A stretch of 64,000 nucleotides of DNA from Candidatus Velthaea sp. (lineage in GTDB: Bacteria > Vulcanimicrobiota > Vulcanimicrobiia > Vulcanimicrobiales > Vulcanimicrobiaceae), in assembly GCA_965214935.1 (NCBI GenBank), contig CBDCCS010000021.1:288001-352000 (forward strand). Reading direction: 5' to 3'. The notes under the pieces were generated by a model. That model worked only from the letters and a program-made list of their open reading frames with translations. It was not told the origin of the DNA and did not search any database. Numbering within the stretch: the stretch's first letter is position 1; the number at the start of each line of letters is the position of its first letter. Positions 37,438 to 46,878 of the stretch are shown piece by piece. The position numbers were made by a program, and so were the translations under genes.

Positions 37438-38316
37438 ATGAGCGATTTGCTCGATCCGACCACGGCAACATCACCGGCTTTCAATCGCAAGGCGTTTGTC
37501 GGTTTGAGTGCCGGCGCTGCCGCTGCCGCTTCGGCCGTTGCGCCGGGTTCGGCGCAATCAGCTCAATTCGGTAAGCCGCATGCGCCGATCGTTGCCGAGA
37601 ACGACCCGGCGATCGAGGCGCACGCAGTCGTGCTGAGCCGCCCGAACGGTGGAATCGCTGCGTACGCGGCCTGGCCGAAGCTGCTCCGCACGACGACTCC
37701 CGGTATCGTAATGGTCCAGCATGTTTGGGGTGTCGACAGCACGATTCGCGACGACGTGCGCCGCTACGCGAAGGCCGGCTATATCTGCATTGCGCCGAAT
37801 TTATATTCGCCGAACGCGCCCAGCGGCGACGGCTCGAGCGACATCGACTTGTTCCGGCCGCTGGCCGCCGGCCTGCAACCCGACGCCGTTACCGGCGATC
37901 TGCTCGCGGCGCGCAATTGGGTGATCGACAAAGCAACGCAGGCGAAGGTCGGCATAACCGGCTTTTGTATGGGCGGCGGTATTGCGCTTCGCCAACTCTT
38001 CGGCACCGATGCGTACGCGGCGGCCGCGATCTTTTACGGACCCGTCCGGCCTGCAAGCGACACCTCCGCGGATCCGCTCGCGTACGCGGCAAAGATCAGC
38101 ACTCCGATCCGGGGCAACTACGGTGAGCGCGATACGAGCATTGCGCCGGGCGACGTCCGTGCCGTTTTCGATGCGATTCCCGCGCCGCACGAACTCAGCA
38201 TCTACACCCAAGCCGGTCACGCGTTCTTCGATGACACGCGGGCGTCGTATGTCGACACCGCCGCTGCCGACGCTTGGACGAAAACGCTCGCGTGGTTTGC
38301 ACGCTACTTGGCTTAA
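37438..38316 (+). CDS. Dienelactone hydrolase-family protein with Tat-like leader
   Basis: NRKAFVG leader, GFCMGG nucleophile motif, AGHAF; AAGGAG RBS. Confidence 0.88.
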   Translation: MSDLLDPTTATSPAFNRKAFVGLSAGAAAAASAVAPGSAQSAQFGKPHAPIVAENDPAIEAHAVVLSRPNGGIAAYAAWPKLLRTTTPGIVMVQHVWGVDSTIRDDVRRYAKAGYICIAPNLYSPNAPSGDGSSDIDLFRPLAAGLQPDAVTGDLLAARNWVIDKATQAKVGITGFCMGGGIALRQLFGTDAYAAAAIFYGPVRPASDTSADPLAYAAKISTPIRGNYGERDTSIAPGDVRAVFDAIPAPHELSIYTQAGHAFFDDTRASYVDTAAADAWTKTLAWFARYLA

Positions 38317-38319
38317 GCG

Positions 38320-39411
38320 TTGCTAACGATCGTTCACGCTGCCGACGTTCATCTCGAAACGATTTTTGCCGAGGTCCGCGGCGGCAGCCGGCGACGAGCG
38401 GCGCTTGCCGATGCATTCGTTCGCGTGGTCGACCTGGCGATCGAACGTCGAGCCGACGTGCTTACCATCGGCGGCGATTTATTCGAAACGCAGCGAGCGG
38501 GACCGCAAACCGCGCGCTTCATCTTCGAACAGTTGGCACGCTTCGGCAAACCGGTTTTTGTTGCTCCGGGCAACCACGACCCGTATGCCGAGCGATCGTT
38601 ATACGCCCACGCCGATCGGCCTGCGAACGTGCGGGTGTTCGCCGAAGCGGCTTGGGCGGCATTTCCGTTAGCCGACGACGTAACGCTTTACGGCTTCGGG
38701 CATACGCCGGCCGAGCCGGGCCGGCCGTTTCGCGGTGCGCACTTCGATCGGCCCGGAGTCCGTTTGGCACTCGTGCACGGCAGTGATGAAGAGCGCTGCC
38801 CGCCCGGTAAGCGCGCCACGGCACCATTTGCGCTCGCAGAGATCGTTGCGAGCGGCGCGCATCTTGCGTTGTGCGGCCACTATCACGGCGGCTACGTCGT
38901 CGAAGCCGGCGGCGCACCGGTGATCGCCTATCCCGGCGCTCCCGAGCCGATACGCTTCGGCGAGCGCGGCAGCCATGGAGCGCTCGTCGTCACCGTCGCC
39001 GCCGGCGCCGTGCAAGTCGAAGCGGTGCCGTTGGCGCGCACGCAGTTGAGCGAACGGATCGTGCAGATCGGCGGCGCAGCGAACGAACACGCCGTTATCT
39101 CGGTGCTCGACGCCGCGCTCAACGGGTTGGGAGCGGGCGACTACATGCGCGTCTACTTGCACGGCGCGATTCAACGCGGCACGCGCATCGACTGCGATCT
39201 GCTCGTCGAGTGTTGCGGCGCGCAGTTGGGTTCGTTAGAGGTTATCGATAAGACGATAACCGCCGACTTCGACGAGCTTGCGGCGCAGCCGAACGTCCGC
39301 GGGCTCGCCGTTCGCGATCTGCTGGCGCGCATACAGGCCGGCGAAACCGACGCCGAACGGGCTCTGCGTTATCTCGCTGCGGCATTCGAAGGGGCGGAGA
39401 TCGTCCCATGA
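38320..39411 (+). CDS. Mre11/SbcD/YhaO-like metallophosphoesterase nuclease
   Basis: ADVHL, GGDLF, PGNHD, VHGS, GHYH and YPGAPE motifs. Confidence 0.88.
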   Translation: MLTIVHAADVHLETIFAEVRGGSRRRAALADAFVRVVDLAIERRADVLTIGGDLFETQRAGPQTARFIFEQLARFGKPVFVAPGNHDPYAERSLYAHADRPANVRVFAEAAWAAFPLADDVTLYGFGHTPAEPGRPFRGAHFDRPGVRLALVHGSDEERCPPGKRATAPFALAEIVASGAHLALCGHYHGGYVVEAGGAPVIAYPGAPEPIRFGERGSHGALVVTVAAGAVQVEAVPLARTQLSERIVQIGGAANEHAVISVLDAALNGLGAGDYMRVYLHGAIQRGTRIDCDLLVECCGAQLGSLEVIDKTITADFDELAAQPNVRGLAVRDLLARIQAGETDAERALRYLAAAFEGAEIVP

Positions 39412-41801
39412 TCTTGCGTTCCCTGCACGTTACCGGATTCGGGCGGCTCGTCGACCGGCGGTTCACGTTTGCACCCGGTCTCAACGTCGTGTATGGCCCG
39501 AACGAAAGCGGCAAATCGACGCTTGCGAATGCAGTCATCGCAACGCTCTACGGTCTAGAACGGAAGAAAGAGACGTGGCGTCCATGGGCATCGGCGTCGT
39601 TCGGTACGACGCTCGATTACGATTTGAGCGGCGGCGAACGAATCGAAGTGCAGCGCGATTTCGATCGCGATGCAAAAGGCCTGCGGGTGTACGACCGAAA
39701 CGGCAACGATATCTCGGGGCGGCTTGCCGGACACAAGCTCGTCCCGGGTGAGGCGCATCTCGGTGTTCCGATCGATGTCTTCACCAATGCCGCCTGCATG
39801 AAACAGCAAGCCATGGCAATCGATGACGGTAAGGATGCCGCGCCGATTGCCGCACAACTCGCGCGCGCACTCGACGGCGGCCCGCGCGACGACGCAGCGC
39901 TCGGCGCACTGACGCGGCTCGATGAAGCACTTCGCACGCACGTCGGTACCGAGCGTGCGCGTAAACATGCGCCACTGCGAAATCTTCGGGTACGCGCGGT
40001 CGAGCAAGAGGCCCGGATGCGGGCAGCACGTGCGCGGCTTACGGCGCTCGACGACCTGCGATTGCAGACCGAACGCACTGCGCGCGACTGGAAGCGTTTA
40101 GAGGCGGCCGGCAGCGAACTCGAGCGCCGGTTGCAGTCGCTGCGCGCCGGTGCGATCGCACGGCGTTTGGAAAACTTGCGCGCGTTTCGCGCCGAGATCG
40201 CCGAACTGCAAACCGCTCGCAGCCAATATGACGATGTGGCTGCGTTCGACTCGGGGTGGGGGGATGCAGTCAACGCGGCGTTCGGCGAGTGGGAGTTTGC
40301 ACGACGGTCGGCGTGCGCTGCCCGGGTCGAAGCTGATGCCGCAGCGCTTGACGACGGTCGGCGCGGCGAGCTCGAAGCACGCCGGCGCGACGTCGGACGG
40401 ATCGATGATACGGCCTATGCCGCGCTTGTCGCGACCGAGGCTCGCCGCAACGCGGCGACCATTCGGGCAACGGCGGCTGCGCGCGAAGCGGCCGCCGCCC
40501 GCGCCGGACGTCCGCATCGTGCTTCGCTCAATGCCGGCCTTTGCGCCGTGCTGATAACTTGCGTTGCAATCGGCTTTGCAATCGCGCATAGCTGGACGTT
40601 CGGCAGCATCGCGACGGCACTGTCATTGGCTGCGCTTGCGGCGGCGCTTTCGCAACACCGAACGCATTCGCGTGACCGCGACGCAGCTGCGGGGAAGCAG
40701 AGCATCGCGGACGCGGCGCTCGAAGCGCAAACGGCTGCAGCTGATGAGGTTCGCTCGGTGCTCGATCCGTTCGGGATGCGCAGCTTCGAGGAACTGGCTG
40801 CCCACCGGACGCGCTATGGTGAATTGCTGGCCGCCGAGCGGCATGCGCAACGCTTGCGCGAACACGCGACGATCGCCGAGCACGACGCCCAAGCGCATGG
40901 TCGGCAATTTGATGACCTGACGATGAAGATTGCGCCGGACGCGATCGGGCCGCGTGCCGAGCGCAAAGCATCGATCGTCGTTCGTGCTGCACGTCGACGC
41001 GAGTACGACGGGCTCGGAGCACATATACACGGCTTGCAATTGCAACGTTCATCGATTTTGGGCGAGGACGACGAAGCCGCGCTTGAAGCGGAGCTTGCCG
41101 GCTTGCAGTCGAGCGGAGTCGCGGCAGCGGATGGAACGATCGGCGCTCGGCGTGAGCTCGAGGCTCAACGGCTCGATATAGCCGCTCGGTGCCGCACGGC
41201 CGGTCAGCTGCACTCGCGTTTGAGCGGCGAATTAGACGCAGCCCTGGCGCAACTCGACGACCTGGCAGCCCTTGATGAGGAGCTGGCACGAACCCAAAGC
41301 GAAATTGTGCGCATCGCGACTTTCGAGCGGGCAATCATGCTCGCCAAGTCCACGTTAGAGCAGCGTACGAACGAAGCGCATCAAACCTTCGCGCGCCGGC
41401 TGGAAGACTACGCCGCCGCGATGCTCGGTGAGATTACGGGCGGGCGCTATACCGAAATCTTCGTCGACCCGAAAACGCTGTCGATCCGCGTTCGCGTGCC
41501 CGAGACACAGGCCATCGTCGAGCTCGAAGCGCTCTCCGCCGGGACACGCGATCAGGCGTACTTAGTGGTGCGCTTTGCGATGGCGCGCATTTTCGCCGAA
41601 GGTATGGAGCGCCCGCCGATGCTCATGGACGATCCATTCGCATACTGGGACGCCACACGTATCGAGCGCTGCCTGCCGGTACTAAAACACGGCGCCCGCG
41701 ACGGGCAAGCGTTGCTCTTTACGGCGAATCGGCAACTCGCCGATGCGGCCATCCGCGATGGCGCTCATTGCGTCGACCTGCCGCAACCGGCGTTAACGTA
41801 A
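39408..41801 (+). CDS. Rad50/SbcC/YhaN-like SMC-type ATPase with central hydrophobic hairpin
   Basis: Walker A GPNESGKST, coiled coils, LSAGTRDQ signature, LMDDP Walker B; ATGA coupling to the nuclease gene. Confidence 0.88.
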   Translation: MILRSLHVTGFGRLVDRRFTFAPGLNVVYGPNESGKSTLANAVIATLYGLERKKETWRPWASASFGTTLDYDLSGGERIEVQRDFDRDAKGLRVYDRNGNDISGRLAGHKLVPGEAHLGVPIDVFTNAACMKQQAMAIDDGKDAAPIAAQLARALDGGPRDDAALGALTRLDEALRTHVGTERARKHAPLRNLRVRAVEQEARMRAARARLTALDDLRLQTERTARDWKRLEAAGSELERRLQSLRAGAIARRLENLRAFRAEIAELQTARSQYDDVAAFDSGWGDAVNAAFGEWEFARRSACAARVEADAAALDDGRRGELEARRRDVGRIDDTAYAALVATEARRNAATIRATAAAREAAAARAGRPHRASLNAGLCAVLITCVAIGFAIAHSWTFGSIATALSLAALAAALSQHRTHSRDRDAAAGKQSIADAALEAQTAAADEVRSVLDPFGMRSFEELAAHRTRYGELLAAERHAQRLREHATIAEHDAQAHGRQFDDLTMKIAPDAIGPRAERKASIVVRAARRREYDGLGAHIHGLQLQRSSILGEDDEAALEAELAGLQSSGVAAADGTIGARRELEAQRLDIAARCRTAGQLHSRLSGELDAALAQLDDLAALDEELARTQSEIVRIATFERAIMLAKSTLEQRTNEAHQTFARRLEDYAAAMLGEITGGRYTEIFVDPKTLSIRVRVPETQAIVELEALSAGTRDQAYLVVRFAMARIFAEGMERPPMLMDDPFAYWDATRIERCLPVLKHGARDGQALLFTANRQLADAAIRDGAHCVDLPQPALT

Positions 41802-41818
41802 CGGGCGAAGCCGACCGC

Positions 41819-42223
41819 TCAAGCCGTTGTCGTACCGGGTGAATCGTTCCGCTCGATCGCAATGAGGATCTGATTTTTTCCGCGCAACTTGATGAACGTG
41901 ATTGTTACTTCAACGGGACCGTGGACGAACGGAAAAAAATAATTAAAACGTTCGCTGACCCGTTCTTTGCTGCGCACAAACGTTTGCATGCGGCCTTGAA
42001 AAGCTTGCACGGCCGTACACGGCGCAACATCGCGAAAAAAATTCTTGCCGATGACCGCTTCGCGATCTTTACGAGCGAGACGCGCTTCGTATTGATTGTA
42101 GGCGATGATTCCGCCGGCAAGATCGACGACAATCGCGCCAAACGGCATTGTATCGAGTTGCTCGAACGGGACGTCGACTAAGCGCCAGAGACGCTCGGCT
42201 TGTTCTTGATCCATTTCATGCAT
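41819..42223 (-). CDS. Photoactive yellow protein (PYP)-like PAS protein
   Basis: LDTMPFGAI, YNQYE and IGKNFFRDVAPCT retain the Tyr42, Glu46 and chromophore Cys69 equivalents. Confidence 0.82.
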   Translation of the reverse strand: MHEMDQEQAERLWRLVDVPFEQLDTMPFGAIVVDLAGGIIAYNQYEARLARKDREAVIGKNFFRDVAPCTAVQAFQGRMQTFVRSKERVSERFNYFFPFVHGPVEVTITFIKLRGKNQILIAIERNDSPGTTTA

Positions 42224-42234
42224 ACGTCACGACG

Positions 42235-42765
42235 TTACTTCTTCAATTCCTGCAGTGCATGTAACGCATTGTCAATGTGACCGAGCGGCTCGAAATTCGA
42301 ATAACTTTCGACGATTTTGCCGTCGGGTGCAATAACGTAGGACGTGCGATTCGTGAACAGCGCCATGATGACGGCATCGTACGACCGCGCAATCTTCAAT
42401 CCCGGATCGCTCGCGACAAGAAATTTGGAGCGGCATTCCTGCGTCGAAAACTTCTTCTGTGTTTCGATCGTATCGGCGCTGATGCCGATAACGGTGGCCC
42501 CGAGCTTTTGAAAGTCGGCGATACGATCCGAAAATGCATGCGCTTCGATCGTGCAGCCGCTCGTGAACGATTTTGGAAAGAAGTACACGACGACAGGACC
42601 GCGGTCGAGAGCCGTCCTGAGACGAAAATCGGAGACCTCACCGCCGCGCGCGGCTCGAGCGGAAAAGTCGGGCGCCGGCGCTCCGGTCTTGAGTTGTGCG
42701 CCGGCACCGCCCGCACACAAAGTAAACGCCGACAGTGCGGCAAGCGCGAATGGCAACTTTTTCAC
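42235..42765 (-). CDS. Exported peroxiredoxin (BCP/PrxQ family)
   Basis: Signal peptide; APDF and FPKSFTSGCTIEA peroxidatic motif. Confidence 0.88.
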   Translation of the reverse strand: MKKLPFALAALSAFTLCAGGAGAQLKTGAPAPDFSARAARGGEVSDFRLRTALDRGPVVVYFFPKSFTSGCTIEAHAFSDRIADFQKLGATVIGISADTIETQKKFSTQECRSKFLVASDPGLKIARSYDAVIMALFTNRTSYVIAPDGKIVESYSNFEPLGHIDNALHALQELKK

Positions 42766-43032
42766 AACGCCTCATTTCTTATCGCTACATCGCCTACTGC
42801 TTTGACTGCCTGCAACGAACTAGCCGTCCTTCCTGCTCTGCAAGCCGTGCCCGCCGCCAAGCATCACCGTGCGCGAACCGGCAACGCAGAATAGCAATCG
42901 CGGCCCGCACGAGCGCCGAACCGTTCGAGCCGGTCCACGCTCGTGCTATTCACCCGCGATGCCGCTTGCGGTCCAAAGGTATGACCCGGGTGGCTGGGAA
43001 AAATCGGTGGTAATGCGAGGCGCCTCGGACCA

Positions 43033-43743
43033 ATGATAAGCCTTCGCGGCGTAACGCTAACGTATCCCAATGGCGTGTGTGCGCTTGACGATGTCGATCT
43101 CGACGTCGCGAAGGGTTCCTTTGTATTCTTAGTCGGCCACTCGGGTACCGGTAAGTCTACACTGCTCAAGCTGTTGTATCGCGAGATGCGGCCGTCGGCG
43201 GGGCAGGTCACCGTCGACAACGTTCGCGTCGATACGCTGCGACGATCCAAGGTAGCGGTGCTACGGCGCGATATCGGCGTTGTGTTTCAGGACTTTAAGT
43301 TGCTGTCGCATAAGACCGTGTGGGAGAACGTCGCATTTGCGTTACAAGTGACGGGCGCCAACACGCGCGACGTTCAACGACAGGTTCCGCGCTCGCTCGA
43401 TTTGGTCGGATTGTCGCATAAGAGCCGCATGTTTCCGACCGAACTCTCGGGCGGAGAGCAGCAACGCGCAGCGATCGCCCGCGCGCTGGTCAACAATCCG
43501 AAGATTCTGCTGTGCGACGAACCGACCGGAAATCTCGATCCGTCGAACACGACGGAGATCATGGAATTGCTGCAACGGATAAATCTCAAAGGCACGACGG
43601 TCGTGGTTGCGACGCACAACGCGGCGGTCGTCGATCGCATGCGCCGGCGTGTAATCCGGCTCGAAGACGGCCGTGTTTTGCATGATGACGAACGGGGCTC
43701 TTACTTTCGTGGATTGGGGCAGACTCAAGTTCTTTCTGGGTGA
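43033..43743 (+). CDS. ftsE: Cell division ATP-binding protein FtsE
   Basis: GHSGTGKST, VVFQDFKLL, LSGGEQQR and DEPTGNLD motifs; followed by ftsX. Confidence 0.95.
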   Translation: MISLRGVTLTYPNGVCALDDVDLDVAKGSFVFLVGHSGTGKSTLLKLLYREMRPSAGQVTVDNVRVDTLRRSKVAVLRRDIGVVFQDFKLLSHKTVWENVAFALQVTGANTRDVQRQVPRSLDLVGLSHKSRMFPTELSGGEQQRAAIARALVNNPKILLCDEPTGNLDPSNTTEIMELLQRINLKGTTVVVATHNAAVVDRMRRRVIRLEDGRVLHDDERGSYFRGLGQTQVLSG

Positions 43744-44581
43744 AGTCGGGGCAAACTTCACTCGAAATGCAACGATGCAATTTACTGCGATCGGAACCGT
43801 CGCGGTTACTATCGTTATGCTCGGTGCGTTCCTGTATGTACGCGAGACCGTCACCTCGTTCGGCTCGGCCATGCTGTCGAAGATCGAAGTCGCCGTCTAC
43901 CTGAGCGACTCGATCGACGATGCGGCCGCGAAAAGCGTCGCGACTCGCTTTGCACGCGACCGCCGAGTGCTAGGCGCGACGTACGTTCCCAAGCGCGATG
44001 GGCTGCGTCGCATGAAGACGGTGCTCGGCGCCGATTTCGATACCTCGCTTTTGACCGCCAATCCGTTTCCGAATGCTTTCCACGTTCGCGTCCGGCGGCC
44101 GGACGAAGTGCCGGCGGTCGCTGCATCGATTGCGAGATATCCGGGCGTCGCTAAGACTGATTACGCCGCAGGCACCGTCGTAAAATTGCTTCGTATTGCG
44201 GACGTTCTGACGCGGATCGGGCTTGTCATGATCGGGTTGCTCGTTTTTACCGCGGCGATCATCATCGCCAACACGATTCGGCTCACGGTCTTTGCGCGCC
44301 GGCGGGAGATTGCCATCATGCAGCTTGTCGGTGCGACGAATATGTACATTCGCATGCCGTTTATTGCCGAAGGGATGCTGGCCGGCATCCTGGGCGCAGG
44401 TCTGGCGCTCGGCGTGCTGTTCATCGCCCGGCTCGAACTCATCCCCAAACTCGCGGCAACGTTGGCATTCGTGCCGTTCCACGTCAACGAACCTTTGCTC
44501 GCCGCCGAATGTCTCGGCGTTGGTGCAGCCGTTGGTTTTATTGCGAGCTGGTTGTCCGTCGGCAAATACCTGCGTGTGTAG
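43709..44581 (+). CDS. ftsX: Cell division permease FtsX
   Basis: 1+3 TM layout, NPFP, IANTIRLTVFARRREIAIMQLVGAT and PFIAEG motifs; GTG start overlaps ftsE. Confidence 0.93.
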   Translation: MDWGRLKFFLGEVGANFTRNATMQFTAIGTVAVTIVMLGAFLYVRETVTSFGSAMLSKIEVAVYLSDSIDDAAAKSVATRFARDRRVLGATYVPKRDGLRRMKTVLGADFDTSLLTANPFPNAFHVRVRRPDEVPAVAASIARYPGVAKTDYAAGTVVKLLRIADVLTRIGLVMIGLLVFTAAIIIANTIRLTVFARRREIAIMQLVGATNMYIRMPFIAEGMLAGILGAGLALGVLFIARLELIPKLAATLAFVPFHVNEPLLAAECLGVGAAVGFIASWLSVGKYLRV

Positions 44582-44599
44582 TCCGGGCTCCGTCGACGT

Positions 44600-45553
44600 T
44601 TGAGCGCTACGCCGGCGTCAGCCGCTCGATATACGATTCTGGTTGTCGATGATGACCGAAATTTACGGACCGTTATTCGAACGAACCTCGAGCTTGCCGG
44701 TTATGGCGTCGTCACGGCCAACGATGCGGCCGCCGCGCTTGCATTTCTGGCCCATGAGATTCCCGATCTTATCGTGCTCGATGTGGTCCTTCCCGGCATG
44801 GACGGGTTTGAGTTGTGTCGCCGTATCCGGCGTCATCCGACCTGCGCGCACGTGCCGATCATGATGCTCACGGCGCGCGGCGAGACCGAGGATGCCGTTG
44901 CCGGTTTCGAAGCCGGCGCCGACGACTACGTCAGCAAACCGTTTTCACCCCAAGAAATGCTGGCCCGCGTTCGGGCCAAGATCCGGCGCGTGGCCGTCGA
45001 TTCTTCGCTCAACCCCTTGACGCGGCTGCCCGGAAATCTCGCAATCGAAAATGAGATTCGCCGGCGCTTCGACGGACGTTTATCGTGGGCCGTGATCTAT
45101 GTCGATCTCGATAATTTCAAGGCGTTCAACGACGTTTACGGTTTCGTGCGCGGCGACGAGGCGATCCGCTTGGTCGCCTCGACCTTGCAGAACGCGGTCC
45201 GCTTCGGCGGCGAAGACGACGACTTCGTCGGTCATATCGGCGGCGATGATTTCATTCTCGTGACGCATCCGAGCCGGGCTGAATTACTGGCACGGCAGGT
45301 GGCAACCGCGTTCGACCACGATGTCCGGGCGCTCTACGATGCGGCGGATCTCGAGCGCGGTTGGATCATGACGACGGATCGGCGCGGAGCGGTCAGCGTG
45401 TATCCGGTGATGTCGTTATCGATGGCCGTCGTTACCGACGAACGGCGCAAGATCGTCAACTACCAGCAGATCGGCGAGGTCGCGGCCGAGCTCAAACGCT
45501 TTGCCAAGAAGCAAACCGGATCGTACATCGCGACGGATAAGCGCAAGACATGA
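44600..45553 (+). CDS. Response regulator-diguanylate cyclase (REC-GGDEF)
   Basis: VVDDD, LDVVLPGMDG and DYVSKPF (REC); NPLTRLPGN, DLDNFKAFNDVYG and HIGGDDF (GGDEF). Confidence 0.9.
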   Translation: MSATPASAARYTILVVDDDRNLRTVIRTNLELAGYGVVTANDAAAALAFLAHEIPDLIVLDVVLPGMDGFELCRRIRRHPTCAHVPIMMLTARGETEDAVAGFEAGADDYVSKPFSPQEMLARVRAKIRRVAVDSSLNPLTRLPGNLAIENEIRRRFDGRLSWAVIYVDLDNFKAFNDVYGFVRGDEAIRLVASTLQNAVRFGGEDDDFVGHIGGDDFILVTHPSRAELLARQVATAFDHDVRALYDAADLERGWIMTTDRRGAVSVYPVMSLSMAVVTDERRKIVNYQQIGEVAAELKRFAKKQTGSYIATDKRKT

Positions 45554-46752
45554 CGCGTGTCTTCGTCATGCTGTTCTTACTGCTCGCGTTGGACGTACCC
45601 GCGCCGGCCGCCGCGACCGGCGCAGTCGATCGTCAGATCGAAGAGCAGCAACGCAAAATTCATGCCGTACACGAGCGGCTCAGCGCCGAGCGCACGCATT
45701 TGATCGGCGCCCGGCTGCGCGTCGGATCGGTTGCCCAGCAACTTGCGCAGACCAATCGTACGATTTCGGGCGTCAACGACCGACTGACGGGCTTAGCGGC
45801 AAGAATGGCTTCGACGCAGCGCAAGCTGAGCTGGACGCGCGTGCAACTCGACGCGGCCCGCAAGACCGTGCAACGTCACGATAACGCACTCAAGCGCCGG
45901 CTCGTCGACGCCTACGAACATAACGACCTCGGCTATCTCGACGTCTTGCTCGCATCGCGATCGTTCGCCGATTTTATCGAACGCTGGAACGACGTCCGAT
46001 TCATCATCAAAGCGAACGAGGCGACCATTCGCGAGCGGCGCGCCGCACAAGCACGCGTCGCCGGCTACGAGTCATCGCTGGTCGGCGCGGAGTCGGCCTT
46101 GGCCGCGCAACAAGCTCAGGCGACGCAGGAGCACTCGGCTCTTGCCGCGCTAGCGACCGAACGCAGCAATTTGCTCGATGCGGCGCGGGCGGATCAAAGC
46201 AGCGCGCAAACCGAAGTCACGCAGTACGAAGAGACGACCGCCGCGGAGGAGGCCGCGCTCGAAGCCCTCATCCGGCAAAAACAAGCCGAAGAGGAAGCAC
46301 GGCGCGAAGCGGAACGGCGCGCACGCCAACTCGCGGGCGAACCGGCGGCGCCGCTCGTCGGCGCGCCCGGCAGCGTGATGTGGCCGGTCGCCGGTCCGAT
46401 CACTTCCGGATTCGGCATGCGGAACCACCCGGTCTTCGGGCGCTTTATCATGCATGCCGGTATTGACATCGCGGCAGCCCAAGGCACGACAATTGCCGCG
46501 GCGGCCGCCGGGCGAATCATCCTGGCCCAAGCCGCCGGAAATTGCGGTAATATGATCACGATCGATCACGGCGGCGGAATGGCGACGAACTACTGCCATC
46601 TCTCGCAGATCTTCGTCGGCGTCGGTCAGGATGTCCAGCGCGGGCAAGCGATCGGCGCAGTCGGCATGACGGGCGATGCAACCGGCCCGCACCTTCATTT
46701 CGAGGTGCGGATCGACGGCAAGCCGGTCGATCCTTTAGGGTACTTGCACTAA
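45550..46752 (+). CDS. Coiled-coil M23 peptidase (EnvC-like murein hydrolase/activator)
   Basis: Signal peptide, long coiled coil, HAGID and GPHLHFEVR M23 motifs. Confidence 0.88.
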   Translation: MTRVFVMLFLLLALDVPAPAAATGAVDRQIEEQQRKIHAVHERLSAERTHLIGARLRVGSVAQQLAQTNRTISGVNDRLTGLAARMASTQRKLSWTRVQLDAARKTVQRHDNALKRRLVDAYEHNDLGYLDVLLASRSFADFIERWNDVRFIIKANEATIRERRAAQARVAGYESSLVGAESALAAQQAQATQEHSALAALATERSNLLDAARADQSSAQTEVTQYEETTAAEEAALEALIRQKQAEEEARREAERRARQLAGEPAAPLVGAPGSVMWPVAGPITSGFGMRNHPVFGRFIMHAGIDIAAAQGTTIAAAAAGRIILAQAAGNCGNMITIDHGGGMATNYCHLSQIFVGVGQDVQRGQAIGAVGMTGDATGPHLHFEVRIDGKPVDPLGYLH

Positions 46753-46878
46753 ACCTAGGTTAAGGTTTGCTTGCTCCGGGGCGATTCTCAGTCGCGCAAG
46801 GTAACGTTTGCGACGAAGGACGGGTCCAAACGGAGACAGTCTCCTGCGGCCGCCGAACACATTGAGGATCGCACCACG

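Noticed and set aside
42917..42927. Second SOS box (CGAAC-C-GTTCG) upstream of ftsE
   Set aside because: Half-site spacer is 1 nt rather than the required 4.
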